Source: an uncultured Spirochaetota bacterium (GTDB taxonomy: Bacteria; Spirochaetota; Spirochaetia; SZUA-6; Fen-1364). Taken from it: a stretch of 64,000 nt of DNA. The notes beneath the pieces are model-generated. The model was not told the DNA's origin, did not search any database, and was given only the letters and a program-made list of their open reading frames with translations. Of the stretch, positions 1 to 10,420 are shown piece after piece (position 1 is the first letter of the stretch; every line of letters starts with the position of its first letter). The DNA lies in the NCBI GenBank assembly GCA_963781885.1, contig CAWAHW010000004.1, positions 416,001-480,000 of the forward strand, written 5' to 3'. The position numbers and the translations under genes are program-made.

Positions 1-83
1 CGTGTTCGTGAACGGGAAAAAGATCATCGGCTCGGGCCGGAAGGAACACCCGCTTTCCGCCGGGGTTCCCCTCCCCTGACCCA

Positions 84-1589
84 TCAGGCCAGGCTGCGGG
101 TGAGGGCTTCGCCCCAGCGGCCGAATGCATCCGCGTGGGCAGCGGACTTCCCGGCGTCGGGTTCCACCGTTCGGACGGGGCGCAGAGAGGCGAATGCCTC
201 CTTCGTGCCGCGGTACACGCCCGACCCGATGCCCGCACCGCGCGCCGCTCCCTGTGCCCCGTCGGTTTCAAACATTTCCACGCGCGCCCCGGTCGTCGTG
301 GCGAAAGCCTCCTGGAAAAGGGGGCTGAGGAACATGTTGGCGTGACCGGCGCGGACCGTGTCCGCCGTGAGCCCGGTGCCCTTCATGATGGCAAGGCCGT
401 GCGTGAGCGCGAAGACGACTCCCTCCTGGCCGGCGCGGAGGAGATGGGGAATGCCGTGCCTGTTGAAGTCCAGCCCGAGCACGGACGCGCCGGGGTTGCG
501 ATTGCCCAGCGTCCTCTCGGCGCCATTGCCGTAAGGAAGCACGACCAGGCCGTCGGCTCCCACCGGGGCCTGTCCTGCCACCCGGTTCAGCTCCTCGTAG
601 GGCACCCTGCCCGATTCGCCGACCAAAAGCTTCCTGAGCCAGCTATAGAGAATGCCGGCGCCGTTGACGCACATGAGCACGCCATAGCGGGGGCTCCCGG
701 GTGAATGATTCACGTGGACGAATGCATTGACCCGGGATTCGGGATCGGATCGCGGCGCATCGATGATGCCATACACGACCCCCGACGTGCCGGCCGTGGT
801 GGCAGCCTCGCCGGGGTTCAGCACGTTGAGGGAGAAGGCATTATTGGGCTGGTCGCCCGCGCGGTAGCAGACAGGCGTTCCCTTTGCCAGGCCGAGCGCC
901 GCTGCCGCGGCAGAGGTGAGCCCGCCCTGCGCGGAGAAGGTCTCCACCGTCGGAGGGACCAGCTCGTGGGGGATGCCGAACCAGTCCAGGACGATGTCCG
1001 CGCGGCCGCCCGTGCTGAAGTCCCAGAGTATCCCTTCAGACAGGCCCGACGCCGTGGTGACCATTTCCCCCGTCAGGCGATAGGCCAGCCAGTCGCCAGG
1101 AAGGAGCATCCTGTGCGCGCGCGCGAACACCTTCGGCTCGTTCTCCTTCACCCACGCGAGCTTCGACGCCGTGAAGTTTCCCGGTGAGTTGAGCAGGCGC
1201 GCGAGGCACGTCGTTTCCCCGATGCCGCGGAATGCCTTCTCCCCGATCTGCACCGCCCTGCTGTCGCACCAGATGATGGACGGCCGCAGCACCGCGCCTG
1301 AGGAGTCCACGAGCACCAGCCCATGCATGTGGTAGGCGATGCCGATGGCTTTCACCGACTCGAAGGCCTTGCCCGTTGCCGCCTTGAGCTCGGCCGCTGC
1401 TGCGACAACGTTGTCCCACCAGATGGAAGGGTGCTGCTCGGCCCAGCCGGGATGGGGGGCATCGATGGCGAGCTCCGTCTTCGGGCTCGTGGCGCTTCCC
1501 ACCAACCCCCCCGTCGAGACGTCGACGAGCGAGGCCTTGATCGAAGAGCTGCCGAGATCGAATCCGAGCAGGTAGCCGTCGGAACCCAT
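84..1589 (-). CDS. xylB: Xylulokinase (FGGY family carbohydrate kinase)
   Basis: GFDLGSSSIKAS, IIWCDSR, GDQPNNA and TAGTSGV FGGY motifs; GGAGG RBS. Confidence 0.85.
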   Translation of the reverse strand: MGSDGYLLGFDLGSSSIKASLVDVSTGGLVGSATSPKTELAIDAPHPGWAEQHPSIWWDNVVAAAAELKAATGKAFESVKAIGIAYHMHGLVLVDSSGAVLRPSIIWCDSRAVQIGEKAFRGIGETTCLARLLNSPGNFTASKLAWVKENEPKVFARAHRMLLPGDWLAYRLTGEMVTTASGLSEGILWDFSTGGRADIVLDWFGIPHELVPPTVETFSAQGGLTSAAAAALGLAKGTPVCYRAGDQPNNAFSLNVLNPGEAATTAGTSGVVYGIIDAPRSDPESRVNAFVHVNHSPGSPRYGVLMCVNGAGILYSWLRKLLVGESGRVPYEELNRVAGQAPVGADGLVVLPYGNGAERTLGNRNPGASVLGLDFNRHGIPHLLRAGQEGVVFALTHGLAIMKGTGLTADTVRAGHANMFLSPLFQEAFATTTGARVEMFETDGAQGAARGAGIGSGVYRGTKEAFASLRPVRTVEPDAGKSAAHADAFGRWGEALTRSLA

Positions 1590-1712
1590 GTCTGCCTCCC
1601 TGTGCGCGTGTGGGGGCGCAGCTCCCCGCAGGATGCGGACCGCGCCGTTGCCACAGTTATATCCGACGGTGAGCGCCTGGGGAAGTCGCCGACGAAAACC
1701 GCCCGCCTTTCC

Positions 1713-1741
1713 TTGACCCCGGGCCCACTCGAAGATATCCT
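1713..1741 (+). promoter_or_regulatory. sigma70-type promoter TTGACC-N17-TATCCT for the DUF4342 gene
   Basis: Consensus-like hexamers, 17-bp spacer, followed by GGAGG and ATG 1759. Confidence 0.55.
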
Positions 1742-1758
1742 GCCCCCGGGAGGCCAGA

Positions 1759-2049
1759 ATGGAACCGGATCAGGGCAATGAGTTCAAGGTCAAGGGCGAA
1801 GAGATGCTGCGCAAGATCAAGGAGATCGTCCACGAGGGAAATGTCCGCAGGATCATCATCAAGGATGACAAGGGCGAAACCTACGTCGAGATCCCCCTCA
1901 CCGTCGGCGTCGTCGGTGCGCTTTTCCTTCCCGTGCTTGCCGCGGTCGGCGCCCTGGCGGCGCTCGCATCGAACTTCACCCTGCAGGTCGTCCGCAGGGA
2001 GGGGGAAGAGGAAAAAAGCACCGGCGAAACGCCCCAGAAGGAAAAATAG
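1759..2049 (+). CDS. DUF4342 domain protein
   Basis: KIKEIVHEGNVRRIIIK...EIPLTVGVVG pattern plus hydrophobic segment. Confidence 0.85.
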   Translation: MEPDQGNEFKVKGEEMLRKIKEIVHEGNVRRIIIKDDKGETYVEIPLTVGVVGALFLPVLAAVGALAALASNFTLQVVRREGEEEKSTGETPQKEK

Positions 2050-2083
2050 CCTCCCGTCGTCGGGACGCCGCGCTGTCGCTCTC

Positions 2084-2104
2084 AACGGCGGCGCGCCGTT
2101 TTTT
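2084..2104 (+). terminator. Putative intrinsic terminator
   Basis: AACGGCG-gcg-CGCCGTT hairpin followed by T run. Confidence 0.5.
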
Positions 2105-2167
2105 CCGCGGGGGCAGAATCGGGTCCCCGGGGTGTTGCATCTATGAACGATAAAACAGGAGGTACTC

Positions 2168-2449
2168 ATGTCGGATCTCAACGAGAAGCTCGCGCTCGCG
2201 CGCAACATCGCGCGGCGCAAAATCGCTTTTATTCGCCACGCGGTCACCTATCTCGTGGTGCTGCTCGGCTTGGCGCTCGTCAACAACCTCACCTGGGGCG
2301 GCTACCAGTGGTGGCTCTGGGTGGCATTCGGCTGGGGCATCGGCGTCGTCTCCCATTTCCTTTCCGCGTTCCTCTACCAGTCGGGAAGCCTCGTGGAGCG
2401 CCTTGCCAAGCGCGAGATGGAGAAGATGGATGAGACGCACAAAGTTTAG
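2168..2449 (+). CDS. 2TM domain membrane protein
   Basis: FIRHAVTYL...WWLWVAFGWGIGVVSH pattern; AGGAGG RBS. Confidence 0.8.
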   Translation: MSDLNEKLALARNIARRKIAFIRHAVTYLVVLLGLALVNNLTWGGYQWWLWVAFGWGIGVVSHFLSAFLYQSGSLVERLAKREMEKMDETHKV

Positions 2450-3338
2450 CGCGATCGATATCCTGGGCATCTCTCTCGGCGTTCTGGCGATCCTCATCGT
2501 GATCGGGAGCATCGTGACGATCGCCCAGGGAAAAATGTTCGCCTTCCGGTGGGAGATTCCCTCCGGTCGCGGCTTCTGGAACGGCCAGGCATTCTCCTAC
2601 GGCGGCGCGGTCCGCGAGGAGAAGGACGAGCAGGTCCCGTCTGACGTCACAGAGCTGGAGGTGCGCAACATCGCAGGGTCGATCGACATCAGCGGCGATA
2701 CGGCGGGCGCAACGCTCGCGGTGCATTCCGTGAAGACGGCGATGACGCAGGCCGCGCTGGAACGGGTCAGCGTCGACATCAGCAGGATCGGCAGCCGGCT
2801 GATCCTGGAAGAAAAGCACGAGCCGGGTTTCGCGTTCCAGACGGGAACCGTTTCGTTTCAGATCGTCGTTCCCCGGACCGTGAAGGTCCTCGAGGCCCAC
2901 TCCGTCAGCGGAAGCGTCACCGTTCGCGGCGTGGACCGGACCGTGGACGAAATCCTCTCCACCATCTCGGGCTCCGTGGCCACCAACGCGGCGCGCAACC
3001 TCGACGCATCCTCCACGAGCGGCCACGTCGAGTTCGCCTCGGCGGGAAACGACGTGAAGGTGCACACCGTCTCGGGCTCCATCGACGGGACGCTGGATAC
3101 GCTCGCGAAAAGCGGCTCCGCGACGCTCGGCAGCGTGTCGGGATCGGTCACGCTTAACGCATTCCCCCAACTTGACGCGATGGTGAACCTCCACTCGGTG
3201 AGCGGGAGCGTCGCCTGCGGCTTCCCGATCACCATCACCGAGCAGAAGCACAACAGATTGAGCGGCAGCATCGGAAGCGGCACGGCCAACCTCGACGTGG
3301 GGACCGTGAGCGGCAGCATCAGCATCAACAGGGAATAG
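2430..3338 (+). CDS. DUF4097 beta-strand-repeat membrane-anchored protein
   Basis: N-terminal TM helix; repeated (S/T)(V/I)SGS(V/I) motifs; start placed at ATG 2430. Confidence 0.8.
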   Translation: MRRTKFSAIDILGISLGVLAILIVIGSIVTIAQGKMFAFRWEIPSGRGFWNGQAFSYGGAVREEKDEQVPSDVTELEVRNIAGSIDISGDTAGATLAVHSVKTAMTQAALERVSVDISRIGSRLILEEKHEPGFAFQTGTVSFQIVVPRTVKVLEAHSVSGSVTVRGVDRTVDEILSTISGSVATNAARNLDASSTSGHVEFASAGNDVKVHTVSGSIDGTLDTLAKSGSATLGSVSGSVTLNAFPQLDAMVNLHSVSGSVACGFPITITEQKHNRLSGSIGSGTANLDVGTVSGSISINRE

Positions 3339-3359
3339 CGGCGCGCACCGCGGAAATCG

Positions 3360-3400
3360 AGGGCCGCCCCGGGGCATCGCTCCAGGGGCGGCCTTTTTTT
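3360..3400 (+). terminator. Intrinsic terminator between convergent genes
   Basis: GGCCGCCCC...GGGGCGGCC stem followed by T7. Confidence 0.75.
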
Positions 3401-3416
3401 GAAGCTCGCGGCAGGG

Positions 3417-4493
3417 CTACGTCATTCTGCTGAACCAGGCGAGAGACAGCGTCGCGCCGAGGAGGAGGACCGCCATGGCAATACCGGTGAAGATGGCCGT
3501 CACCTCGGTCTCGTCGCGGCCCATGGTGAGTCGGACGCTGAGCGCCTGGTAGATCCGCACGAGATCGCCTTCGTTGTCGGCCTTGTAGTAGCTGGCGGCG
3601 GTGTTCTGGGCGATCTTCTTGAGTGACGGCTCGTCGAGCTGCACACGGAAGAACCTGCCCTCCGCGCCAACTGTGTCGCCTCGGTTCGTGCCGACGCCGA
3701 CGGTGAAGACCCGCACCCCCCGGTCGGCCGCCTGCTGCGCGGCATCCAGCGGGTCGGGTCCCGTGTTGTTCTGCCCGTCGGTGAGCAGAACGATCGCCGC
3801 GGCGGTGTAGGAGCCGGGCTCCACCGCGGGGGGAGCCGTGGGATCGGGCGCTGTGCCAAGCGGAGCATTGGGGTCCTGCTGCGCCGGCGCACCCGGGAGA
3901 AGCTGCTGATCCTGCGCGCCCTGCTGGTCGCCGGTCTGGTCCTGCGCGGTCTTTGCGTCCTCGAAGATGGCGTCCAGCGCGACGAGGATTCCACTGCCGA
4001 TGGCCGTGCCGCGCTGGAGGTGGAGACGATCCATCGCGGCGTTCAGATCGTCCCGTGAGGTCGTCGGTGCCTGGACCAGCGCCGCCGAGCCGCTGAACGC
4101 AACGATCCCGACGCGCACGTTGTGCGGCTGCTTCGCGATGAAGGCCCGCGCCGCGGCCTTGGCAGCCTCGAAACGGCTAGGGGCCACGTCGCGGGCGCGC
4201 ATGCTTCCGGACATGTCCAGGGCAAGGATGATAGTGCCGCGGCTGGACGGCAGCATGACGGTGGCCTGCGGCCGGGCAAGGGCGAAGATGCCCACCGCCA
4301 GCCCGACGATGAAAAGGATGGCAGGTATGTGGCGGCGGAATCCCGGTCCCCGGCCCAGCGCGTCCTTGACCGCGATGAGGCTCGCGTAGCGCGCCGCATA
4401 GCGCCGACGGCGGCGCTGCATGAGGATGTAGATGCCGACCAGGAGCGGGACGAGCAAGAGCAGCCACAGAAGACCGGGCCATTGGAACGACAT
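3417..4493 (-). CDS. vWA domain protein (BatA-like)
   Basis: N-terminal TM; MIDAS motif DMSGSM; GTAIG; LLTDGQNN; C-terminal TM. Confidence 0.9.
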   Translation of the reverse strand: MSFQWPGLLWLLLLVPLLVGIYILMQRRRRRYAARYASLIAVKDALGRGPGFRRHIPAILFIVGLAVGIFALARPQATVMLPSSRGTIILALDMSGSMRARDVAPSRFEAAKAAARAFIAKQPHNVRVGIVAFSGSAALVQAPTTSRDDLNAAMDRLHLQRGTAIGSGILVALDAIFEDAKTAQDQTGDQQGAQDQQLLPGAPAQQDPNAPLGTAPDPTAPPAVEPGSYTAAAIVLLTDGQNNTGPDPLDAAQQAADRGVRVFTVGVGTNRGDTVGAEGRFFRVQLDEPSLKKIAQNTAASYYKADNEGDLVRIYQALSVRLTMGRDETEVTAIFTGIAMAVLLLGATLSLAWFSRMT

Positions 4494-4502
4494 CTGCCCT
4501 CC

Positions 4503-5434
4503 TCACGCCCTACCGGAACGGACAAGCGCGCGCGAGGAGGCGGCCTTCCGCTTCTCCCTGCGCATCGCGGCAAAACGGACGATTTCCCGCGCGAGATCCC
4601 CTCCGTGGAGAGGGAGAGCTGGTCGACGCCGGCGCGCGCAAGCGAGCCGGCAAGCTCCGCGTCCCGTCGGCGCGTCACCTCGGCGAAACGCCGGCGGAAA
4701 CCGCGATCATGCGTGTCGACGAAGATCTGCTCGCCGGTCTCGGCGTCTTCCAGCACGAGCGGCCCGAGGTCGGGCAATTGCACCTCCCGAGGGTCGGAAA
4801 GCTTCACCGCGATCACCTCGTGCCGATGGGTCGCCAGTGTGAGGGGGCGACCCCAACCGGGGACGCTCATGAAATCAGATACGAGGAAGAGAAGCCCCCT
4901 GCGGCGGATCATCCGCAGCGCGTCGTCCAGCAGGACGCCGAGGTCGGTGCGCGGCGCCCGGCGGAGCCGGGGCTGGCTCCGCAGCTCCTGGATGAGACGC
5001 AGGACGTGCATCCTGCCGCCCTGCGCGGGAATCACGCGCTCCGTCCCACCGGTGAAAAGGAGCGCACCCACCCGGTTGCCATGCCGGGTGAACAGACGCG
5101 CAATGACGCCGACGAAGTCGATGAGCAGGCTCCTCTTCTGCACCTCGGCGGTACCGAAGTCCACCGAAGGGCTCATGTCGAGCAGGAACCACGCGGTCAC
5201 CTCGCGGTCCTCGATGTGCTGGCGCACGTACGGGGTCTGCATCCGGGCGGTCACGTTCCAGTCGATCATGCGGACGTCGTCGGAGAGCTGGTATTCACGC
5301 AACTCGGCAAGCTCCATGCCGAATCCGCGGAACACGGTGCGGTAGTCTCCCTGGAGGAGGCCGTCCAGCCTCCGGATGATGGTCCAGTCCAGGCGCTGGA
5401 GGACGCGCTCAGGCTCCGACGCTTGCCGCGGCAT
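4503..5434 (-). CDS. DUF58 protein; apparent 1-bp deletion near 4600
   Basis: LREYQLSDDVRMIDWNVTAR and LVSDF motifs; adding one G restores EGDLAREIVRFAAMR...stop at 4503, just before the vWA RBS. Confidence 0.85.
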
Positions 5435-6440
5435 GGCTCTGGAGGGGCTGGGCAGGGGCGGGAACGGCCTGCATCACCTTCTGGAGGATCGCATCCGTGC
5501 TCACGCCGTCGGCGAGCGCCTCGTAGGACGGGATGATGCGGTGGCGCATGACGTCGTGGGCGAGATCCGTAAGATCCTGTGGTATGACGTAGGAGCGGCC
5601 GCGGACGAACGCGAGGGCCCGCGCGGCGATCACGAGGTTGATCGAGGCGCGCGGGCTCGCGCCGAAGACGATGTAGCGGCCCAGGTCGGGCAGGCCGTGC
5701 TTCGCCGGGTCGCGCGTGGCCGCGGCGAGCCGCACCGCGTGCTGCATGAGAAGCGGGTCGATGAACACCCTTTCGCAGGCGGCGCGGAGCTCCAGGATCT
5801 GCCCCGTGCTCACCACCGCGGCCACGCGCGCCGCCGCGCCGGCCGCGCGCTGCACGATGACGAACTCCTCGGGTTCGCTGGGGTAATCGACGAGCACCTT
5901 CATCATGAACCGGTCGACCTGGGCCTCGGGCAGCGGATAGGTGCCGTCCGTCTCGATCGGGTTCTGCGTCGCCATCACGAGAAAGGGCGCCGGCACGGGG
6001 AAGGTCTCTCCGCCAATGGTGACCTGCCGCTCCTGCATCACCTCCAGGAGCGCGCTCTGCACCTTGGCAGGGGCGCGGTTGATCTCATCGGCAAGGAGCA
6101 GGTTCGCGAATACCGGGCCCAGCGACGTGCTGAACTCGCCCGTCCTCTGGTTGTAGATCCGCGTCCCTACCAGGTCCGCGGGGACAAGGTCCGGCGTGAA
6201 CTGGATGCGCTTGAAAACTCCCTGCGTCGCCGCGGCGAGCGTCTTGACCGTCAATGTCTTCGCAAGCCCCGGCACCCCTTCCACGAGGAGGTGCCCGTCG
6301 GAGAGCAGCGCGACCAGCACGCGCTCCAGGAGGTGGTCCTGGCCCACGATGACTTTCTTCACCTCGTAGAGGATCCGCTCCATCGTGCGCGCCTGCTCTG
6401 CAAGCTGTCCGTCCTTCACCGCATCACTGCCGTCCATCAT
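5409..6440 (-). CDS. moxR: MoxR family AAA+ ATPase
   Basis: EGVPGLAKT Walker A, RIQFTPDL, LADEINRAPAKVQSALLE, ATQNPIE. Confidence 0.95.
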   Translation of the reverse strand: MMDGSDAVKDGQLAEQARTMERILYEVKKVIVGQDHLLERVLVALLSDGHLLVEGVPGLAKTLTVKTLAAATQGVFKRIQFTPDLVPADLVGTRIYNQRTGEFSTSLGPVFANLLLADEINRAPAKVQSALLEVMQERQVTIGGETFPVPAPFLVMATQNPIETDGTYPLPEAQVDRFMMKVLVDYPSEPEEFVIVQRAAGAAARVAAVVSTGQILELRAACERVFIDPLLMQHAVRLAAATRDPAKHGLPDLGRYIVFGASPRASINLVIAARALAFVRGRSYVIPQDLTDLAHDVMRHRIIPSYEALADGVSTDAILQKVMQAVPAPAQPLQSHAAASVGA

Positions 6441-7321
6441 CGTCCCCTCTCGCCGGCCTCAACCGGCGGTATGCCCAGCGCCCCTCCGGTGTCGTCGATT
6501 GGCACGGCGAATCCGATCCCGATGAATACGTCCTGGTTTGTGGGATTCAGCAGCGAGGCGACGATTCCGACCACTTCGCCCTGCCGATTGACCAGGGGCC
6601 CACCGGAGTTGCCCGGGTTCACGGCAGCGTCGAACTGGATGAGATTCTTCAGGGTCGCGCCCGTTTCCTTGGATGTGTATTCCCGTCCCAGCCCCGAGAC
6701 GATGCCCGACGTTGCAGAATCGAGCACGGCAAAGGGGTTGCCCACGGCGATCACCTCGTCTCCGACATTCAACGAGGAAGAGCTCGCGAGCGTGGCCGGC
6801 TGCAGCTCATCCGGCACGTTCATCGCGCTCAGGACCGCGAGGTCCTTCTCCGGCTCCCGAACCGTGACCAGCGCGTCGGACTGCGTGCCGTCCGCGAAAA
6901 TCACGCTCACTTGCGGCGCGTCGCCGACGACGTGGAGGCAGGTGAGGATGATCCCCTTGTCGGAGATGACCACGCCGGTCCCGAGGGAGGAAGTCGGCTT
7001 GCCCTTCTCCAAGGCTTTTGCAGTCACCAACACAATCGAGGGGCGTATCGCTGCGTATGCGACCGACTCGAATGACGGAGGCGTCGGGGTGTTCTGCAGG
7101 GTCCTGTCCACCGCCTTGTCGATGTCACGCTGGGTGAGACGCTGCGGCGGGGGCATCAGGAAGTGGTAGACCAGGATGCCCGTTGCGATCAGGGCGACTT
7201 GTCCCGCGACAAGTGCGGGCGCCCGGTGACGGCGATACGTGCGGACGAGCCATGCACGAAAAAGCTGCCAGTCCGAAGGAGGCTCCTGCGGGGGAACCCC
7301 GCTGCTGCGCTCAGGATGCAC
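6437..7321 (-). CDS. Membrane-anchored trypsin-like (HtrA-type, no PDZ) serine protease
   Basis: LTCLHVV, DLAVL and NPGNSGGPL catalytic triad motifs; N-terminal TM. Confidence 0.9.
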   Translation of the reverse strand: MHPERSSGVPPQEPPSDWQLFRAWLVRTYRRHRAPALVAGQVALIATGILVYHFLMPPPQRLTQRDIDKAVDRTLQNTPTPPSFESVAYAAIRPSIVLVTAKALEKGKPTSSLGTGVVISDKGIILTCLHVVGDAPQVSVIFADGTQSDALVTVREPEKDLAVLSAMNVPDELQPATLASSSSLNVGDEVIAVGNPFAVLDSATSGIVSGLGREYTSKETGATLKNLIQFDAAVNPGNSGGPLVNRQGEVVGIVASLLNPTNQDVFIGIGFAVPIDDTGGALGIPPVEAGERGR

Positions 7322-7463
7322 ACGCTAAAATACTCTCCAGCGCACGCAGCGGGTAATAATTATTTGTTAGGGCAGCCACGGGCCTCGTGACGTGCATCCA
7401 ACTCCGCCAGCAGCGGAAGGCACTCCTCGGCCCTCGGCATCCTGCCTATGGTACCCCCTGGAA

Positions 7464-7991
7464 TTAGTACAGCCCTCCCCAGCCGATCCTCACCCCAAGG
7501 GTCGGGGTGTAGACGAATGCATTGGAGAAGGGGATGCCGGGGATCGTGTTGCCCCACGCCTGGTAGCCCGCGTAGGCCACGACCTGCATCCACGGCAGCA
7601 CCCGCAGGCCAAGCTCGAGATCGGCCTCGCCGAAAATGAGCATGTAGCCGTGGCGAGAGTAGCTCGCGCCGCCGACGCCGCCCAGGCAGGTGACGGCCGC
7701 CATGATCGGTCCTGCCCTGAACTCCTGGCCGAAAAGCATGCCCCCGACGCCGCCGTCCGCGGCTCCGATGCCCGATAAAAGCGCCATGCCGAATCCGCCA
7801 ATGCGGTTGCCCCATCGGTTCACGCCATAACCGTAACCGGTGATGTAGCTCAGCCCCAGATTCTGGTTGGAAAGTTGGGGATCGTAGTACTGGAAGCCAT
7901 AGCTCACGCCACCGGCGCCGCCGGCAACGGCGACGCACGCGGGAACGGCGACAAGAAGAAGGACCGCAAGCAAGAGCCGCGCGCTTTTCAT
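7464..7991 (-). CDS. Exported hypothetical protein, putative small outer-membrane beta-barrel
   Basis: Signal peptide MKSARLLLAVLLLVAVPA; Gly/aromatic alternating strands; ATGA overlap with the caspase stop. Confidence 0.65.
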   Translation of the reverse strand: MKSARLLLAVLLLVAVPACVAVAGGAGGVSYGFQYYDPQLSNQNLGLSYITGYGYGVNRWGNRIGGFGMALLSGIGAADGGVGGMLFGQEFRAGPIMAAVTCLGGVGGASYSRHGYMLIFGEADLELGLRVLPWMQVVAYAGYQAWGNTIPGIPFSNAFVYTPTLGVRIGWGGLY

Positions 7992-10416
7992 ATTCGAACT
8001 CCTACAATGAACTGGGGCTTGAAAACCAACTGGGAATCGCTGTACCCCGCGATGCCGGAGGAAAGCCACGGTGTGAGGATCGGCATGGACACACCCGCGT
8101 TCACGGAGAGACCGCCGAAGAGCGGAAGCCCTGCAACGGCGTGCAGGCGCGGGTAGACATCGCCGGAGAATGCCGTGCTCGTATCCGCGGCGCCGGTGCG
8201 ATCCTGGACGATGGAAAGATCGTAATCGAGATAGAATGGACCGATGGTGGAGCTTCCGCCGACGCCCAGGCCGATGTTCCAGTCCGTGGTCCCGGGCTGC
8301 CATCCCGCGGTGAACGTCGTGTACAAGTGCTTCGTGCCCAGTGAGAAACCGACGATCGACAGCCCGTTCATGTCGATCCACATGTCAAGGTCGTGCCGGC
8401 CGCGGCCTTCAATGGAGATCAGCCCGATGGGGATGCCGTCGATCTGATCGGAGAGATTCACCAGCCCCACCTGCGTGCCGGTGATGTGACGGGCGATATT
8501 TACCAGACCGACCTGGACGCTCGCGCTGTCGGCGACATTGATGAGGCTGATCTGCGGCCCCGCGATCGCGCCGCCCACGTTGCCGATGCCCGCCACTTGC
8601 GCGCCCTGTACGCCGACGGCCCCCAGATTGAAGATGCCCGCCACCTGCGCGCCCTGCACGCTGCCCGTCGTCCAGTTGAGGATGCCGGCCGCCTGCGCGC
8701 CTTTCACGTCGCCGCTGGTCCAATTGACGATGCCCGCCAGTTGTGCCCCGGTCACCGGGCCCAGAGAAATGTTGGCAAGACCGCCCGCCTGTGCGCCGGA
8801 CACGCCGCCGCTGATATTCACGAGACCCGCCGACTGGAAGAAGCGCGCCTCGCCGCCCAGGTAATTGACCATGCCGGCCGCCTGGAAACCGGAGAGCGAG
8901 CCTTGCACGACATTGAAGAGACTCGCGGCCTGGAAACCGGAGACGTCGCCGGACTCGATATTGCCGAATCCGCCGACCTCGAAGCCGTGGAGGGAACCAG
9001 ACGTTCCAATGAGAAGGTTGATCGAGACAATGCGATCCGCGCGCGCGTCAGGCCCCAGGAGGAAGTCAGGGATCAGCGACAGGTGGAAAGCCTGCACGCG
9101 GGGGGCCGCCTCCGCTTCCTGATCACCGGTGGGCGTCGCCGGCGCGGCGGTCTTCTTCGGTGCCGGCGCGACAGGCGCCGCCGCGGCGGCCGCGGCCGCG
9201 GTGATGGCCGCGCTCACGGCATTGCCGACTGCCTGGCCTGCCTTGCCGAATGCAGAGCCCACCGCGGCGCCGACTGCGGCGCCGATCACGGTGGCGGCGT
9301 CCGGTGCGCTTGCAACCTGCCCGGTCGGGGAGCCGCCCGGCGCCTGGTCGTTGCCGTCGCCGCGCGCAACAGCCGGGTCAAGCGACACCGGGTGCATGCC
9401 CGCAAGCGTCAGCGTGGCAGGCTGCCGGCCGGTCACGTGCAGATCGGCGGCAAGCCGCGCGCTCTTGGTGTCGAGCACGGCGGAATACGTGCCCGGCTCC
9501 AGCCCGAGATCGATGCTCTGGCCGTACTGCTTGTTCAGCTCCACGGCGAGATTCCCGTCCGAATCGCGCAGGTAGAGCCTTCCCGCGACGTCCTCCGCCA
9601 CGACAAGCCGCGCGCCGGACTGCCGCAGGTCGGTGAGCACCAGGTCGCCTGACCCCGAGAGATTGATGTCATAGGCGGGATGCTGCGGCCCGTACTGGGT
9701 TTTCTCCGTGGAAGCAAGCGTCTCCTGGAAGGCGTAGGTGTAGGCTTCGTTGAGGGTCACGATGCCGTCCCCCGCCGTGTCGGCGGCGCCGCGCATGGCG
9801 GAGATGAGGAAATGGGTGAAATACGACGAGCCGATGCGATCCGATTCCTGCGCCGCCTCCTCCGCGGAGGCAGAGGTGAGGAATGCGTGACCGGTCATGT
9901 CCGCGGACGCGTCGAAGAGGAATGCCGGCCGCGCGACCCCGCCCTTCGCCCGAGTGAGCGAGCCGGAAGAGCAGGAGTCGAGGATGGCGATCTTCACGTC
10001 CGCCGGGATGTCATTGATCTGGTTGCGCAGGTCATCCCACGCGACCCGGTCCTTGCCGAGGATGAGCCCGTCGTCGTCCGAATGACCGGAATAGTAGAAA
10101 ACGAGCTCGCGTCGTTCATCCAGCTCCCGCGGCGAGCCAATCATCTGGCGGATGCGCTGGAGGGCGTCCTCGAAGCGCTCGAGTGTCGGGCTGGAGACGA
10201 GCACGAGGTCCTGCGGCCGCACGCCTCCGAGATCCTGCATGACCGCGGCAAAGGCGCGCGCGTCGCTCTCCGCGTAGCGGAGCTTCACGAGAGCGTCCCC
10301 CCGTCATTGGAGCCCGTGACGAAGGCAAAACGCCGCAGGGGCACCGGCGTGTCCGCCGCGGCAGTCCACGCGATAGCACCCAGGAGGACAAGAACCAAAA
10401 GTTTCCGCATTTTCAT
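7988..10416 (-). CDS. Exported caspase-family (peptidase C14) protease with GxQxAGxxN repeats and putative C-terminal beta-barrel; apparent 1-bp deletion in G-run near 10297-10302
   Basis: Signal peptide plus RRFAFVTGSNDGG joins KLRYAESDA if one G is added; catalytic FYYSGH (His 10082-10084) and ILDSC (Cys 9971-9973). Confidence 0.85.
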
Positions 10417-10420
10417 GACG

